Assembly (NCBI GenBank): GCA_041650635.1 | Contig: JBAZKV010000002.1 | Coordinates: forward strand, 47,844 to 111,843 | DNA from: Candidatus Margulisiibacteriota bacterium | GTDB taxonomy: Bacteria > Margulisbacteria > WOR-1 > JAKLHX01 > JBAZKV01 | Direction: 5' to 3' | DNA length: 64,000 bases | In this document: positions 40,868 to 50,131 of the stretch, one piece after another | How positions within the stretch are numbered: the first letter of the stretch is position 1 | Layout: each line of letters begins with the position of its first letter | The notes under the pieces: generated by a model | Database searches by the model: none | Told to the model about the DNA's origin: nothing | Seen by the model: the letters and a program-made list of their open reading frames with translations, nothing else | Program-made: the position numbers and the translations under genes

Positions 40868-41203
40868 ATGTTTGGCAATAGGATCAGAGAACTTAGGAAT
40901 AAAGAAGATCTTACGCAAAGAGAATTTGCCAAGAAGATTGGGATCGATTTTACATACTTAAGCAAAATCGAGAACGGAAAAATGGATCCTCCTTCAGAAG
41001 CAACAATAATGAAGATGGCTGAGGTCTTGAAGGTGAATTCTGATGAATTATTGACTCTTGCAAAGAAATTTCCTAAAGATTTGAATGATATCTTGCATAA
41101 GAACCCGCGAACGATCGAACTTCTTCGTGCGATTCAGTCAAAAAGGATAACTGACGACGAAATCGATAAATTATTCGATAGGATTAAACACGAAAAACGA
41201 TGA
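40868..41203 (+). CDS. XRE-family helix-turn-helix regulator (ImmR-like)
   Basis: FGNRIRELR..LTQREFAKKIGIDFTYLSKIENG. Confidence 0.9.
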   Translation: MFGNRIRELRNKEDLTQREFAKKIGIDFTYLSKIENGKMDPPSEATIMKMAEVLKVNSDELLTLAKKFPKDLNDILHKNPRTIELLRAIQSKRITDDEIDKLFDRIKHEKR

Positions 41204-41925
41204 AATATATCTCATACGATAAAATCGAAACTTTGACCGAGCAAAGACTTTGCGAATATGAAAGTAAATTCGGTCAGATAGTTTCGCCTCCGATTCCCAT
41301 CGACAAAATAATTGAAAGATTATTCAGCCTGCGTATTCTCTGGGAAAATATTCACGAAGAAGATGGGGAGGTGATCCTCGGTGGTCTTCGTCCGAACGAG
41401 AAGCAGATTGTTCTGAATGATTCGAGAATGCCTCTTTTTAATAAATATGAAGGATTAGAGCCTTTTACAAAGGGCCATGAGTTGGGGCATTGGGACTTGC
41501 TCGAGGAAAAAGATTTGATTGGCCACCAGATGTTCAACTTTTTGACAAAAAGCAGCTTTGTTTTGAGGAGTTCATCTGATAAAGATGCCGAAAAAGTCAG
41601 AGTGCTAATTGCAAATCTTTGGAAAGGACCTGATTTCTACAAAGTAATAAAATCTATTGAAGGCAAAAAAGATGATGCAATTACAAAAAGAATTATTGAC
41701 AGATATGCAAGTACCCTTTTGATGCCAAAACATCTGATAAAAAAAGTTTGCGCAACTCTTGATATTTTGAGCTGGAGCGATCTATATAAGCTACGTAAAA
41801 TCTTTAATGTGACAATTTCTGCCCTTACCGTGAGGCTTCAACAGCTGAATATGATATACATTGATAACAAGAAAATCTATAAGTCAAAGGAGGATGCAAT
41901 CGGTCAATTAGCCCTAATAAGATAG
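41200..41925 (+). CDS. ImmA/IrrE family metallopeptidase
   Basis: PIPIDKI, FTKGHELGH, LLMP, FNVTISALTVRL. Confidence 0.85.
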   Translation: MKYISYDKIETLTEQRLCEYESKFGQIVSPPIPIDKIIERLFSLRILWENIHEEDGEVILGGLRPNEKQIVLNDSRMPLFNKYEGLEPFTKGHELGHWDLLEEKDLIGHQMFNFLTKSSFVLRSSSDKDAEKVRVLIANLWKGPDFYKVIKSIEGKKDDAITKRIIDRYASTLLMPKHLIKKVCATLDILSWSDLYKLRKIFNVTISALTVRLQQLNMIYIDNKKIYKSKEDAIGQLALIR

Positions 41926-42022
41926 GATTCGAGCATCGCCCTATTAGGGCATTTTTTATAAGGTCGATGTTGCAGTTGAATATCAACGCAACAAATAAGG
42001 GCGATAGATAATTACGAAAGGG

Positions 42023-42304
42023 GTGATTGACGTGGCTACACAGTCGGAAATAATTGCGGCTATCGAGCAGCGAGTAACTACTTCCAAGACAGTACAGTAT
42101 TCCATTTGGACTATAGGGATAACAGCTGATCCAAAACAACGAAGAGATCAACATGAATCTGATGGAAAAAACACAGCCCACTGGATGCATTGGAAAGCTG
42201 ATTCAGAAACGATAGCAAGGAATGTTGAAAAATACTTCCTAAGTAAAGGCATGAAAGGTGACGTAGGCGGAGGAATTTATCCAACATACGTTTATATTTT
42301 CTAG
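42023..42304 (+). CDS. Small hypothetical protein, possible circularly permuted GIY-YIG nuclease
   Basis: WTIGITADPKQRRDQH...ARNVE...YVYIF at the C-terminus; GTG start uncertain. Confidence 0.6.
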   Translation: MIDVATQSEIIAAIEQRVTTSKTVQYSIWTIGITADPKQRRDQHESDGKNTAHWMHWKADSETIARNVEKYFLSKGMKGDVGGGIYPTYVYIF

Positions 42305-42378
42305 CCAGTTTTGTATCCCAAGGGTATTGCGTTAAATGCTCTACCCTTGGGGGCATATAAAGAAAGGAGAACAAGCGT

Positions 42379-43896
42379 ATGAAAGCCGCTATCTATACGA
42401 GGGTTTCTACCGATGGACAGGCCGAGGTCGAGTTTAATTCGTGCGAGACACAGGAGATCAAGATCAGGTCGTTCATATCAAGCCAGAATGATCTTGAGGT
42501 CCATAAGGTCTATTCCGACCAAGGATATACAGGAGCCAATACAGACCGGCCTGCCCTGCAGGAGATGATAGGCGACATACAGAATGGGAAGATCAATCTT
42601 GTTATCGCGTATAAGATCGACCGCTTAACAAGATCTCCTAAAGATTTTTATCAGCTTATTGAGATCTTTGAGCAATACAACGTCAGTTTTATATCAGTCA
42701 CGGAAAGATTTGACACCTCTACCCCATCCGGAAGGCTTTTGAGGAATATAATGCTCACTTTTGCCCAATTTGAGCGTGAGCTCATCAGCGAAAGAATAAA
42801 AGACAAAATGTTTGAACGCGCTAAAAAGGGCTTTTGGTGCGCCGGAGTAACGCCTTTCGGCTATAAGAGAGAAAACAAAAGGCTGGTAATTGAACCAAGG
42901 GAAGCGGATATTATTAGGACCATATTTGAAACCTTTGTTTCAACAGGGGTCTTGGCTGAAGTATATGAGCTGTTAAAAAAGAAAAAGATGTTTGGCAGGA
43001 ATGGACTGCCCATATTGAAAACCTGCATTTCTTACATCTTAAGGTCCACAGTTTATGTGGGAAAGGTCAGGCATAACGGGAATTTTTATAAAGGTTTGCA
43101 TGAGCCGCTTATTTCAGAAGAGCTCTTTCAAGAAGCTCAATTATTATTTAAGCCACTTAATAAAAAAAGCAAAGTCTTTAACTATACGCTATTTCCGGGA
43201 TTGGTCAGGTGTAAAGAATGCGGCTCGGTTATGACATCAGTTTTTACGAACAAATTCAGCAACGGCAAGCGGGTAAGGTATTTTTATTATCGCTGCACAT
43301 CAATAGTAAAAAGAGACGGATCGTTCTGCGGCATCAAACAGGTAAGCTCCGACAGATTAGACTCATATATCGTTGATAATCTCGATAAAATAGCAAAAAA
43401 TCAGCAGTACCTGGATAGTTTGATTTTTATGCTCAATAATCAGGCCAAGGGTAGGCAAATTGGGGTCGAACCAAACGGGGACGGCTCTTTTTATACCTCC
43501 GAAAGAGTGCGCGAGATCATAGGAAAGATCGTTAAAGCCTCAAAACTGCAAGGAAATGTTGAAAAGAGGGCTGTCATAAAAAGGCACATCAAGGCATTAA
43601 TTTATTCAAAAGAGGCAATAGAAGTATCCCTGTTGTACAGCGCAAATGACTCGCCCGCATTCGAAAATGGCTCTAAGAAAAAAGAATTGAGCACGGAAGA
43701 CCATCATTCGGCGGCTTGGGTCTGCCGCCACCCAGCCCCAAGCCGCCTTGATAGTGCTTTTAAAAATGAAAAAGGGAAGTTAAAAACTGCTGAAGAAAAA
43801 CCTTGCGGAACATTAGTTCGCAACAATAATCAACTGCGCCATGTTGGATTCGAACCAACGGCCCGCTGCTTAAGAGGCAGCTGCTCTACCAACTGA
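42379..43896 (+). CDS. Large serine recombinase (integrase)
   Basis: AIYTRVST, DRPAL, KIDRLTRS, AQFERELISER, PFGY, HEPLIS, Zn ribbon CKECG...YYRC. Confidence 0.93.
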   Translation: MKAAIYTRVSTDGQAEVEFNSCETQEIKIRSFISSQNDLEVHKVYSDQGYTGANTDRPALQEMIGDIQNGKINLVIAYKIDRLTRSPKDFYQLIEIFEQYNVSFISVTERFDTSTPSGRLLRNIMLTFAQFERELISERIKDKMFERAKKGFWCAGVTPFGYKRENKRLVIEPREADIIRTIFETFVSTGVLAEVYELLKKKKMFGRNGLPILKTCISYILRSTVYVGKVRHNGNFYKGLHEPLISEELFQEAQLLFKPLNKKSKVFNYTLFPGLVRCKECGSVMTSVFTNKFSNGKRVRYFYYRCTSIVKRDGSFCGIKQVSSDRLDSYIVDNLDKIAKNQQYLDSLIFMLNNQAKGRQIGVEPNGDGSFYTSERVREIIGKIVKASKLQGNVEKRAVIKRHIKALIYSKEAIEVSLLYSANDSPAFENGSKKKELSTEDHHSAAWVCRHPAPSRLDSAFKNEKGKLKTAEEKPCGTLVRNNNQLRHVGFEPTARCLRGSCSTN

Positions 43897-43907
43897 GCTA
43901 ATGGCGC
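43835..43907 (-). tRNA. tRNA-Lys(CTT)
   Basis: gctgc-ctCTTaa-gcagc anticodon arm; TTCGAAT T-loop. Confidence 0.95.
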
Positions 43908-43930
43908 AAAACTAATAAACCTTCACTGCC

Positions 43931-43977
43931 TAGCACTGAGCGACCCCGAGCCCTGTCGAGGGGGAGTCGAAGTGCTA
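43931..43977 (+). repeat. Family-1 nested hairpin repeat
   Basis: tagcactgagcga ccccgagccctgtcgagggg gagtcgaagtgcta. Confidence 0.85.
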
Positions 43978-44036
43978 ATGGCGCAAATAAGAAAGCTTTC
44001 AAATAAAATTATAACATGACACAACGGGGCAAATGG

Positions 44037-44582
44037 TCATCTTCTTCTCTTGTCCGCAAGCGAAAGGATGCCGATCGCCAAAAATCCTCCTGCCAGAGCG
44101 GTAAGCAGCTGCGGCCAGGTCATCATGACGGCAACGGCCTGAGGGATGTCCACAGCCTGCAGCCTGCCGCCCACCAGCAGAGTGACCGGCCTTGCCATCG
44201 TTATGGATACCATCATATACAGGAAAACAGCCTTAAGGAAAGCGCCGCCACAAACTGCAATGAACCTGCCCTTTTGCATCAAAGCGTTGTACACACTTAC
44301 ATATATGGCATTACTGATCACAATAAAGGGGACCATAACAAGGAGAGCAATAGGCAGCACCGCAGAGAAGGATGCTACTATAGGAGTGATGAGCCCCAGC
44401 ATAATAGCCCTTTCCACCCCGCATTTTTCGGTGCAGATTATGAGTATCATGTTCACGATAACGCCTGTTATCATCTGAGGCATCCCGAACAGGATAAAAA
44501 GTATTGCGGCAAGCCCCAAAAGGAGCGCCTGGACCTGGCTCGAGACTTTTGTCTGTTTTAAGATACCCTCTGAAGCATTCAT
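44037..44582 (-). CDS. ECF transporter S-component-like membrane protein
   Basis: Q.ITG.IVN, PFIVISN, QLLTALAGG; six hydrophobic segments; start MNASE with AGGAG SD. Confidence 0.7.
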   Translation of the reverse strand: MNASEGILKQTKVSSQVQALLLGLAAILFILFGMPQMITGVIVNMILIICTEKCGVERAIMLGLITPIVASFSAVLPIALLVMVPFIVISNAIYVSVYNALMQKGRFIAVCGGAFLKAVFLYMMVSITMARPVTLLVGGRLQAVDIPQAVAVMMTWPQLLTALAGGFLAIGILSLADKRRR

Positions 44583-44608
44583 CGTGTTTTCTCCTTTCCT
44601 GATATATC

Positions 44609-44682
44609 TGCGCCCGGCGGGATTTGAACCCACAACCTACAGCTCCGGAGGCTGTCGCTCTATCCAGTTGAGCCACGGGCGC
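44609..44682 (-). tRNA. tRNA-Arg(CCG)
   Basis: acagc-ctCCGga-gctgt. Confidence 0.95.
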
Positions 44683-44722
44683 ATGAATAGATTATAGCAA
44701 CCAAAAAGAGCGCAGTCGAATG

Positions 44723-44796
44723 TGCGCTTGGGGCGACTCGAACGCCCGGCCTACTGCTTCGAAGGCAGTTGCTCTATCCAACTGAGCTACAAGCGC
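44723..44796 (-). tRNA. tRNA-Arg(TCG)
   Basis: actgc-ctTCGaa-gcagt. Confidence 0.95.
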
Positions 44797-44808
44797 GTGC
44801 CCGGTTAA

Positions 44809-45333
44809 TTATCTAATACTGTACCTGCATCCGCAATAGTTCTGGCAGTATAGTCCGTTTTGCTTAGCAAAATCGTGCGTCTTCTTGAACCCGTCCTGTT
44901 TCTTAAAATCGTATTTAAGGAAGGTATCCCCTCCCGCTCTCCCGCCCTCCTGCTCTACTGTCTTAGCGTTCTTATGCGGACTTACGGTCAATGTAGAGGT
45001 AAAGAAAGGGATATTGAGCTTCCTAGCCATTCTTGCCGTCTCTTCGAGCCGCATTTGGAAGCAGACCGTACACCGCAAACCGCCTTCCGCCTCGGTCTCA
45101 AGGCCCTTGACTTTTAAAAACCATGCATCGGGATCATATTTGCCTTCTATAAGATCAAAGTTCAGCAGCTGCGACACTTTTTGGGCCACAGTGAGTCTTC
45201 TTATGTATTCTTCTTCAGGCTGGATGTTGGGATCATAAAAGAAGCCTGCGACCTCATAACCGTCTGAGCGGAGTTTTTCTACCGGCCAGGAGGCGCACAC
45301 CCCGCAGCAGATATGGAGCAGGACCTTTTTCAT
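44809..45333 (-). CDS. queH: Epoxyqueuosine reductase QueH (DUF208)
   Basis: LLHICCGVC, PNIQP.EEY, RCTVC, SPHK, QNYCGC. Confidence 0.9.
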   Translation of the reverse strand: MKKVLLHICCGVCASWPVEKLRSDGYEVAGFFYDPNIQPEEEYIRRLTVAQKVSQLLNFDLIEGKYDPDAWFLKVKGLETEAEGGLRCTVCFQMRLEETARMARKLNIPFFTSTLTVSPHKNAKTVEQEGGRAGGDTFLKYDFKKQDGFKKTHDFAKQNGLYCQNYCGCRYSIR

Positions 45334-45335
45334 AA

Positions 45336-45424
45336 GATCCCGACGCTAAAGACCTCGACGAGCTCGGTCGAGTCGCGTCGGCTCCTGTCCGGAAAAACCG
45401 GAGCCGACCTTTTAAGGTCGGGTC
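45336..45424. repeat. Family-2 triple-hairpin repeat with a nested family-1 unit
   Basis: gatcccgacgc..[gacctcgacgagctcggtc]..gcgtcggctcc...ggagccgacct ttta aggtcgggtc. Confidence 0.75.
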
Positions 45425-45430
45425 GTTTTT

Positions 45431-45946
45431 TCACTTTAGGTCTTTGTAAATGCCGCTGTAGCCCTGCGCAACTTCGCTGATGCGCGAAAAGGCCAGCTGC
45501 AGCACTCTGGCGTTCTGTTTAAGATCAAGCCCCTGGGGATTTTCTACCACCAAAAGGAATTCGCTCTTGCCGCAAAATCCCGCGTCCCAGATCCCGTTCT
45601 GGGTAAAGGCCCCCGCTCTCAGCAGCGTTGTCCTGGTAAAAGCAAACCCCATAAGGTCGTTGGGGATATTGACGGTCTCGTTGGTCCTGACCTTGTAGGC
45701 GCCTTTTTTAAGATGCCACCAGCCAAAGGGATCCTCCGGAGCCCCTTTTTCTGGCATCATCTCCCGGCATTCCGGAAGCGCCCTTTCCCTGTTGGAAAAA
45801 TCAACGGCTCCACGACCGGTAAATTCGAATATCTTTTCAACTGTCAGGTCAAAGCCGTTCTGCGTCAGCTGTTTATCAAGCGAAAAATAGCCTTCTATGA
45901 GATTCTCTCCCTTTATCAGTTCTTCTATTTCGTGTTTGCTGAGCAT
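45431..45946 (-). CDS. Trimeric dUTPase/dCTP deaminase family protein
   Basis: QNGFDLTV, RTTLLR, WDAGF.G, YSGIY. Confidence 0.82.
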   Translation of the reverse strand: MLSKHEIEELIKGENLIEGYFSLDKQLTQNGFDLTVEKIFEFTGRGAVDFSNRERALPECREMMPEKGAPEDPFGWWHLKKGAYKVRTNETVNIPNDLMGFAFTRTTLLRAGAFTQNGIWDAGFCGKSEFLLVVENPQGLDLKQNARVLQLAFSRISEVAQGYSGIYKDLK

Positions 45947-45956
45947 TGTTGCCTTT

Positions 45957-46334
45957 CTATGTCAGAGCTCTTTTTACTTCGTCAGGGATCTTTAGCAGTT
46001 TTAATGCCGGGTCAACGCAGGCCATAATTGTCTTTGCTTTTGCAACTGTTTTTCCGTCCTGGTTCTTAATAACGCAATCAAACACGATCTTGATCTTTTT
46101 TATTTCCGAAATGACCGTCTCTGTCTCAAGGATGTCCCCGTACTTTGCGGGAGCCTCATAGTCTATTTCCTGCCTTGCGACCGCAAACCATATCCCGCTG
46201 TCTGCCAGGGCTTTTACATCAAGGCCTTTGCTCTCAAGATATTCAGTTCTTGCCTCTTCAAGATATTTAAGATAATTGCCGTAATAGACCACCCCGCCGC
46301 AGTCGGTGTCGTGATAATAGATTCGTGTTTTCAT
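45957..46334 (-). CDS. YbgC/FadM family acyl-CoA thioesterase
   Basis: RIYYHDTDCGGVVYYGNYLKYLEEAR. Confidence 0.9.
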   Translation of the reverse strand: MKTRIYYHDTDCGGVVYYGNYLKYLEEARTEYLESKGLDVKALADSGIWFAVARQEIDYEAPAKYGDILETETVISEIKKIKIVFDCVIKNQDGKTVAKAKTIMACVDPALKLLKIPDEVKRALT

Positions 46335-46765
46335 TATAGCGCCGATATGTCCTTTGCTTTGACCGTGTTTATTCTGTTCTTAATAAGGATCTTCACCGCT
46401 TGCTGCGGGTCTTCAAAGCGGAACACCATGAGCGCTTTGTCCGTATGTTTTTCGACAAAGCCGTACATATACTCGAGGTTCAAATCGTTGTCGTCAATAA
46501 CTTTCAGGACCTTTGCCAGACCTCCCGGCTCATCTTCGACCTCAACAGCCACTATCTCGGTAGTTTCTGCGGTAAACCCGGCCTCTTTGAGGGCATTTGC
46601 AGCGGCATCGGGCCTGTCCGTAACCATCCGCAGTATGCCAAAGTCGCTGCTTTCCGCAATGGTCAACGCCTTTATATTGACACAGGCCTTGCCCAGAACG
46701 CTGCTAACCTCATAAAGGCGCCCTTTCCTGTTCTCCAAAAAAACCGAGATCTGGCAGATCAGCAT
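46334..46765 (-). CDS. ACT domain protein
   Basis: QISVFLENRKGRL, DEPGGLA, NLEYMY. Confidence 0.9.
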   Translation of the reverse strand: MLICQISVFLENRKGRLYEVSSVLGKACVNIKALTIAESSDFGILRMVTDRPDAAANALKEAGFTAETTEIVAVEVEDEPGGLAKVLKVIDDNDLNLEYMYGFVEKHTDKALMVFRFEDPQQAVKILIKNRINTVKAKDISAL

Positions 46766-46778
46766 GGCTAATGCCCTC

Positions 46779-48080
46779 CTATGTTTTCCTTTTATCGATC
46801 ACTCTGCTGGCTTTACCCTCGCTTCTTGCAAGGGACCTCGGCTCCACCAGTTTTACCCTGGCAAAGATCCCCAGCACCGATGCCATCTCTTTCCGTATCT
46901 TTTCCTCGAGTATGTTCATCTTTTTTATCTCGTCAGAAAATATCTTCTGGTCAACCTCCACATGTATCTCTATTTCGTCAAGCTTTCCCTGCCCCCTGTC
47001 GACCACTATCTGGTACTGCGGTTTTACTCCTTCTATGCTCAAAAGCACATGCTCTATCTGTGAAGGAAAGATATTGATCCCCCGCACTATTATCATGTCA
47101 TCTGTCCTGCCCTTGATCTTGCTGATGCGCGGCAGCGTCCTTCCGCACCTGCACTTCTTGTGGTCAATGCTCACTATGTCCCTTGTCCTGTACCTGATCA
47201 GGGGAATGCCTTTTTTGGTCAGCGTCGTTATCACAAGCTCTCCGCTGTCGCCTTCTTTGGCCTCCCTGCCCGTTGCGGAGTCTATCACCTCGGGATAGAA
47301 CAAGTCTGAGAACACATGAAGCCCTGCCTTATAAGAGCATTCCTGCGCTACTCCGGGACCGATTATCTCGGACAGGCCGTATATATCAAGGGCCGTCATT
47401 TTCCAGGAGGCTTCAAGGTCCTTTCTTATCGATTCGCTCCAGGGCTCTGCGCCAAAGACCCCTATTTCCCATGAGCTTTTTCCTGTATCCATCCCCATTT
47501 CTGCAGCTTCCTCTGCCATATACAGGGCATAGCTTGGCGTGCTCGCAAGGATCCTTGGCTTAAAGTCCTCCATCAGTTTTAGCTGTCTTTTAGTCTGTCC
47601 TGACGAAGCCGGTATGACCACAAGACCCATCTCCAGCGCGCCGTAGTGGAGTCCAAGCCCTCCGGTAAAAAGGCCGTAGCCGTAAGCCACCTGTATCAGA
47701 TCGCCCGGGTTGGCTCCCGCGCAGCAAAGAGCCCTTGCGACCACTTTGGACCAAAGCTTTAGATCATCTTTTGTGTATCCCACCACGGTCGGATTTCCTG
47801 TGGTGCCCGAAGACACATGTATCTCCGCCAGGCTTCTTAAAGGGACAGAAAACAGCCCGAAGGGATAATTGTCCCTAAGATCTTCTTTTGTGGTAAATGG
47901 AAGTCTTGTTATATCGGATATATCGTTTATGGAACCCGGCTTTACCCCTAACTCATCGAACCTTTTTCTGTAAAAAGGACTGTTCTCGTTAACATACCTG
48001 ACCGTCTCTTTCAGGTTGCGGGACTGCAGGTCCTTTAAGGCACCGGCTTCCGCGCATTCGACCCGTTCTTCCCATATCAT
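46779..48080 (-). CDS. paaK: Phenylacetate--CoA ligase family
   Basis: SSGTTGNP, YGLFTGG, YGLSE, RYRTRD, GRTDDM. Confidence 0.9.
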   Translation of the reverse strand: MIWEERVECAEAGALKDLQSRNLKETVRYVNENSPFYRKRFDELGVKPGSINDISDITRLPFTTKEDLRDNYPFGLFSVPLRSLAEIHVSSGTTGNPTVVGYTKDDLKLWSKVVARALCCAGANPGDLIQVAYGYGLFTGGLGLHYGALEMGLVVIPASSGQTKRQLKLMEDFKPRILASTPSYALYMAEEAAEMGMDTGKSSWEIGVFGAEPWSESIRKDLEASWKMTALDIYGLSEIIGPGVAQECSYKAGLHVFSDLFYPEVIDSATGREAKEGDSGELVITTLTKKGIPLIRYRTRDIVSIDHKKCRCGRTLPRISKIKGRTDDMIIVRGINIFPSQIEHVLLSIEGVKPQYQIVVDRGQGKLDEIEIHVEVDQKIFSDEIKKMNILEEKIRKEMASVLGIFARVKLVEPRSLARSEGKASRVIDKRKT

Positions 48081-48562
48081 TGAACCGCTCTCCTTCCCTC
48101 ATCAAAAGCAATGAGGTTTTCCTTTAAATGCTTTTCAGAAAACACCTCTTTTACTGCTTTTTCCCAGCTGTTGCGGCTTATTCCCAGGTGAACTGACAAG
48201 GCACCCAGGATAAAGGTGTTCATCAGTTTTTTATTGGTAACTGCTAAGGCCGCTCTGTCTATTAACGGGATGAGATCCCTTCCCTGCTGCGCCAGGTATC
48301 CCAGCCTGTTCTCCCCCTCGTTCTTTTGAAAAGCCACAAGGTAATCGGCTCCGGCATACGGGATCAGCGGAGAAAAAACCTCTTTGCCGTAGCGGACATG
48401 CGATTCAACAGAGCCGCCCCTTTGAGACATTCCGTGGACCTCCGATTTTTTTGCGTGAAAACCATCGTTGATGGCCGCTTTTGCGCATATCTCTGCCGCT
48501 GACAGGACCCCCTGCCCTCCTATTCCGCAGAACAGAATATTAACGGTCTCTTGCTTTTTCAT
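48077..48562 (-). CDS. iorB: Indolepyruvate ferredoxin oxidoreductase beta subunit
   Basis: GIGGQG, SEVHGMSQRGGSV. Confidence 0.9.
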   Translation of the reverse strand: MKKQETVNILFCGIGGQGVLSAAEICAKAAINDGFHAKKSEVHGMSQRGGSVESHVRYGKEVFSPLIPYAGADYLVAFQKNEGENRLGYLAQQGRDLIPLIDRAALAVTNKKLMNTFILGALSVHLGISRNSWEKAVKEVFSEKHLKENLIAFDEGRRAVQ

Positions 48563-50109
48563 TTTCTTTTTTCCAGAAGAACGCACGGCTGTCTTGCTAT
48601 GATGACCGACAATTTCTTTTCGTTCAATCTTTGTTTGATAAGTTCTTCCAGCTTCTCCGTATCCTGGCAGGCAACCACATCAACATTATCGGCTCCGCAG
48701 GCCTTGCAAAGGTCTTCCAGTATCAGTTTTTTTGTAATCTTTCCTTTTAAAGTGATGCCGACCGCCGGATGCGGCTGATTGCCGGTCATAGCAGTGGTCC
48801 CGTTATCAAGAATGATAAGGACTGCGTTCGTTTTGTTATATGCCATGTCTATCAGCCCCGGAACACCGGAGTGGACAAAAGTCGAATCACCTATCACCCC
48901 AACTATTTTTTCACCTAGTATTTTTGAAAAACCCTCAAGAAAAGTCGCCCCGCTGCCCATGTCAAGCTGGGTATGGAGCGCTTCAAAAGGAGCGGAATAC
49001 GCCAGAGTATAACACCCGATATCTCCGGTGACCGTCACTTTTAATTTTTTCAGGATAGTAAACACATTTATATGAGGACATCCTGGACACAGGACGGGGC
49101 GTTTTTCTTTCTGCTCTCTGTATGGCTTTTCTTTTCCTTCTATTATCAAAGGGATGTATTCCGGCTTTAACTCCCCCAGGCAGAATGACTTATACTTTGA
49201 AATGGGCCTGATGCCCATGGCCGCGATCTGGTCCTGCATAAAGGGCTCAAGCTCTTCAACAACATAAATGACATCAACCGTTTCCGAGAACTTCCTGATC
49301 ATTTTTTTAGGAAGAGGGTTAGAAAGACCTATCTTAAGATAAGAAAAGTCGGGATACATCTCTTTGCAATAAAGATATGACACCCCGGTTGTTATTATTC
49401 CGGCCCGTTTGGAATTCATCTCGGCCCTGTTGAACTCAAAAGAATCGCTGAACTTTTCAAGCCTTGCCAGTTTTTCATGAAGTTCTTTATGCCTAACAGT
49501 GGCATTCTTAGGGACCATCACATATTTAGAGGCATCAACTTTAAACTTCTTATTGGGAACGTCTTTTCTGGTTGAAACATCAAAGTTCTCTTTGGTGTGG
49601 GCTATCCTGGTCGTTATCCTTATCATTACCGGCAGATCGTACTCTTCGCTCATCTCAAACGCTTCTTTTGTCATCATATAGGCTTCATAGGGGGAAGAAG
49701 GCTCAAGCATGGGAAGCCCGGCAAATCTGGCTATATACCTGTTATCCTGTTCGCTTTGGGAGGAATGAAGCCCCGGATCATCCGCCGAAACAACGACAAA
49801 ACCAGCATTTATTCCGGTATATGCGGATATCATGAGGGGATCCATCGCCACATTTATCCCGACATGCTTGGCAGCAAAAAGCGACCTCGCGCCTGCAATA
49901 GAAGCCGCAAGGGCTACTTCGTAAGCGATCTTCTCGTTAACGCTCCATTGGCTGTCAACTTCGTCAAATCCCGCAAGGTGTTCCAGTATCTCTGTGGCAG
50001 GTGTACCCGGGTAGGAAGCCGCAAATTTGAGCCCTGCTTCATATGCTCCGCGGGCAATGGCTTCGTCCCCCGAAAGAAAAACATTTTTGCGATTATTATG
50101 CGCGGCCAT
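48559..50109 (-). CDS. iorA: Indolepyruvate ferredoxin oxidoreductase alpha subunit
   Basis: YPGTP, KHVG, DDP..HSSQ, CPGCPH, GDIGCY, GDSTF, DNGTTAMTG; no C-terminal ferredoxin domain. Confidence 0.9.
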   Translation of the reverse strand: MAAHNNRKNVFLSGDEAIARGAYEAGLKFAASYPGTPATEILEHLAGFDEVDSQWSVNEKIAYEVALAASIAGARSLFAAKHVGINVAMDPLMISAYTGINAGFVVVSADDPGLHSSQSEQDNRYIARFAGLPMLEPSSPYEAYMMTKEAFEMSEEYDLPVMIRITTRIAHTKENFDVSTRKDVPNKKFKVDASKYVMVPKNATVRHKELHEKLARLEKFSDSFEFNRAEMNSKRAGIITTGVSYLYCKEMYPDFSYLKIGLSNPLPKKMIRKFSETVDVIYVVEELEPFMQDQIAAMGIRPISKYKSFCLGELKPEYIPLIIEGKEKPYREQKEKRPVLCPGCPHINVFTILKKLKVTVTGDIGCYTLAYSAPFEALHTQLDMGSGATFLEGFSKILGEKIVGVIGDSTFVHSGVPGLIDMAYNKTNAVLIILDNGTTAMTGNQPHPAVGITLKGKITKKLILEDLCKACGADNVDVVACQDTEKLEELIKQRLNEKKLSVIIARQPCVLLEKRK

Positions 50110-50131
50110 TTTTTTCATTATACCGCAAAAC

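Larger units (their letters stand above)
35472..43840. mobile_element. Serine-recombinase integrative island at the tRNA-Lys(CTT) 3' end
   Basis: TGCGCC at both ends (35472-35477 and 43835-43840, the tRNA end); AT-rich cargo; recombinase at the right end; the internal copy at 39761-39933 shows the two ends joined. Confidence 0.85.

Noticed and set aside
39934-43721. Diversity-generating retroelement TR/VR pair
   Set aside because: Mismatches are not restricted to adenines on either strand, the copies are inverted, and no reverse transcriptase is in the window.
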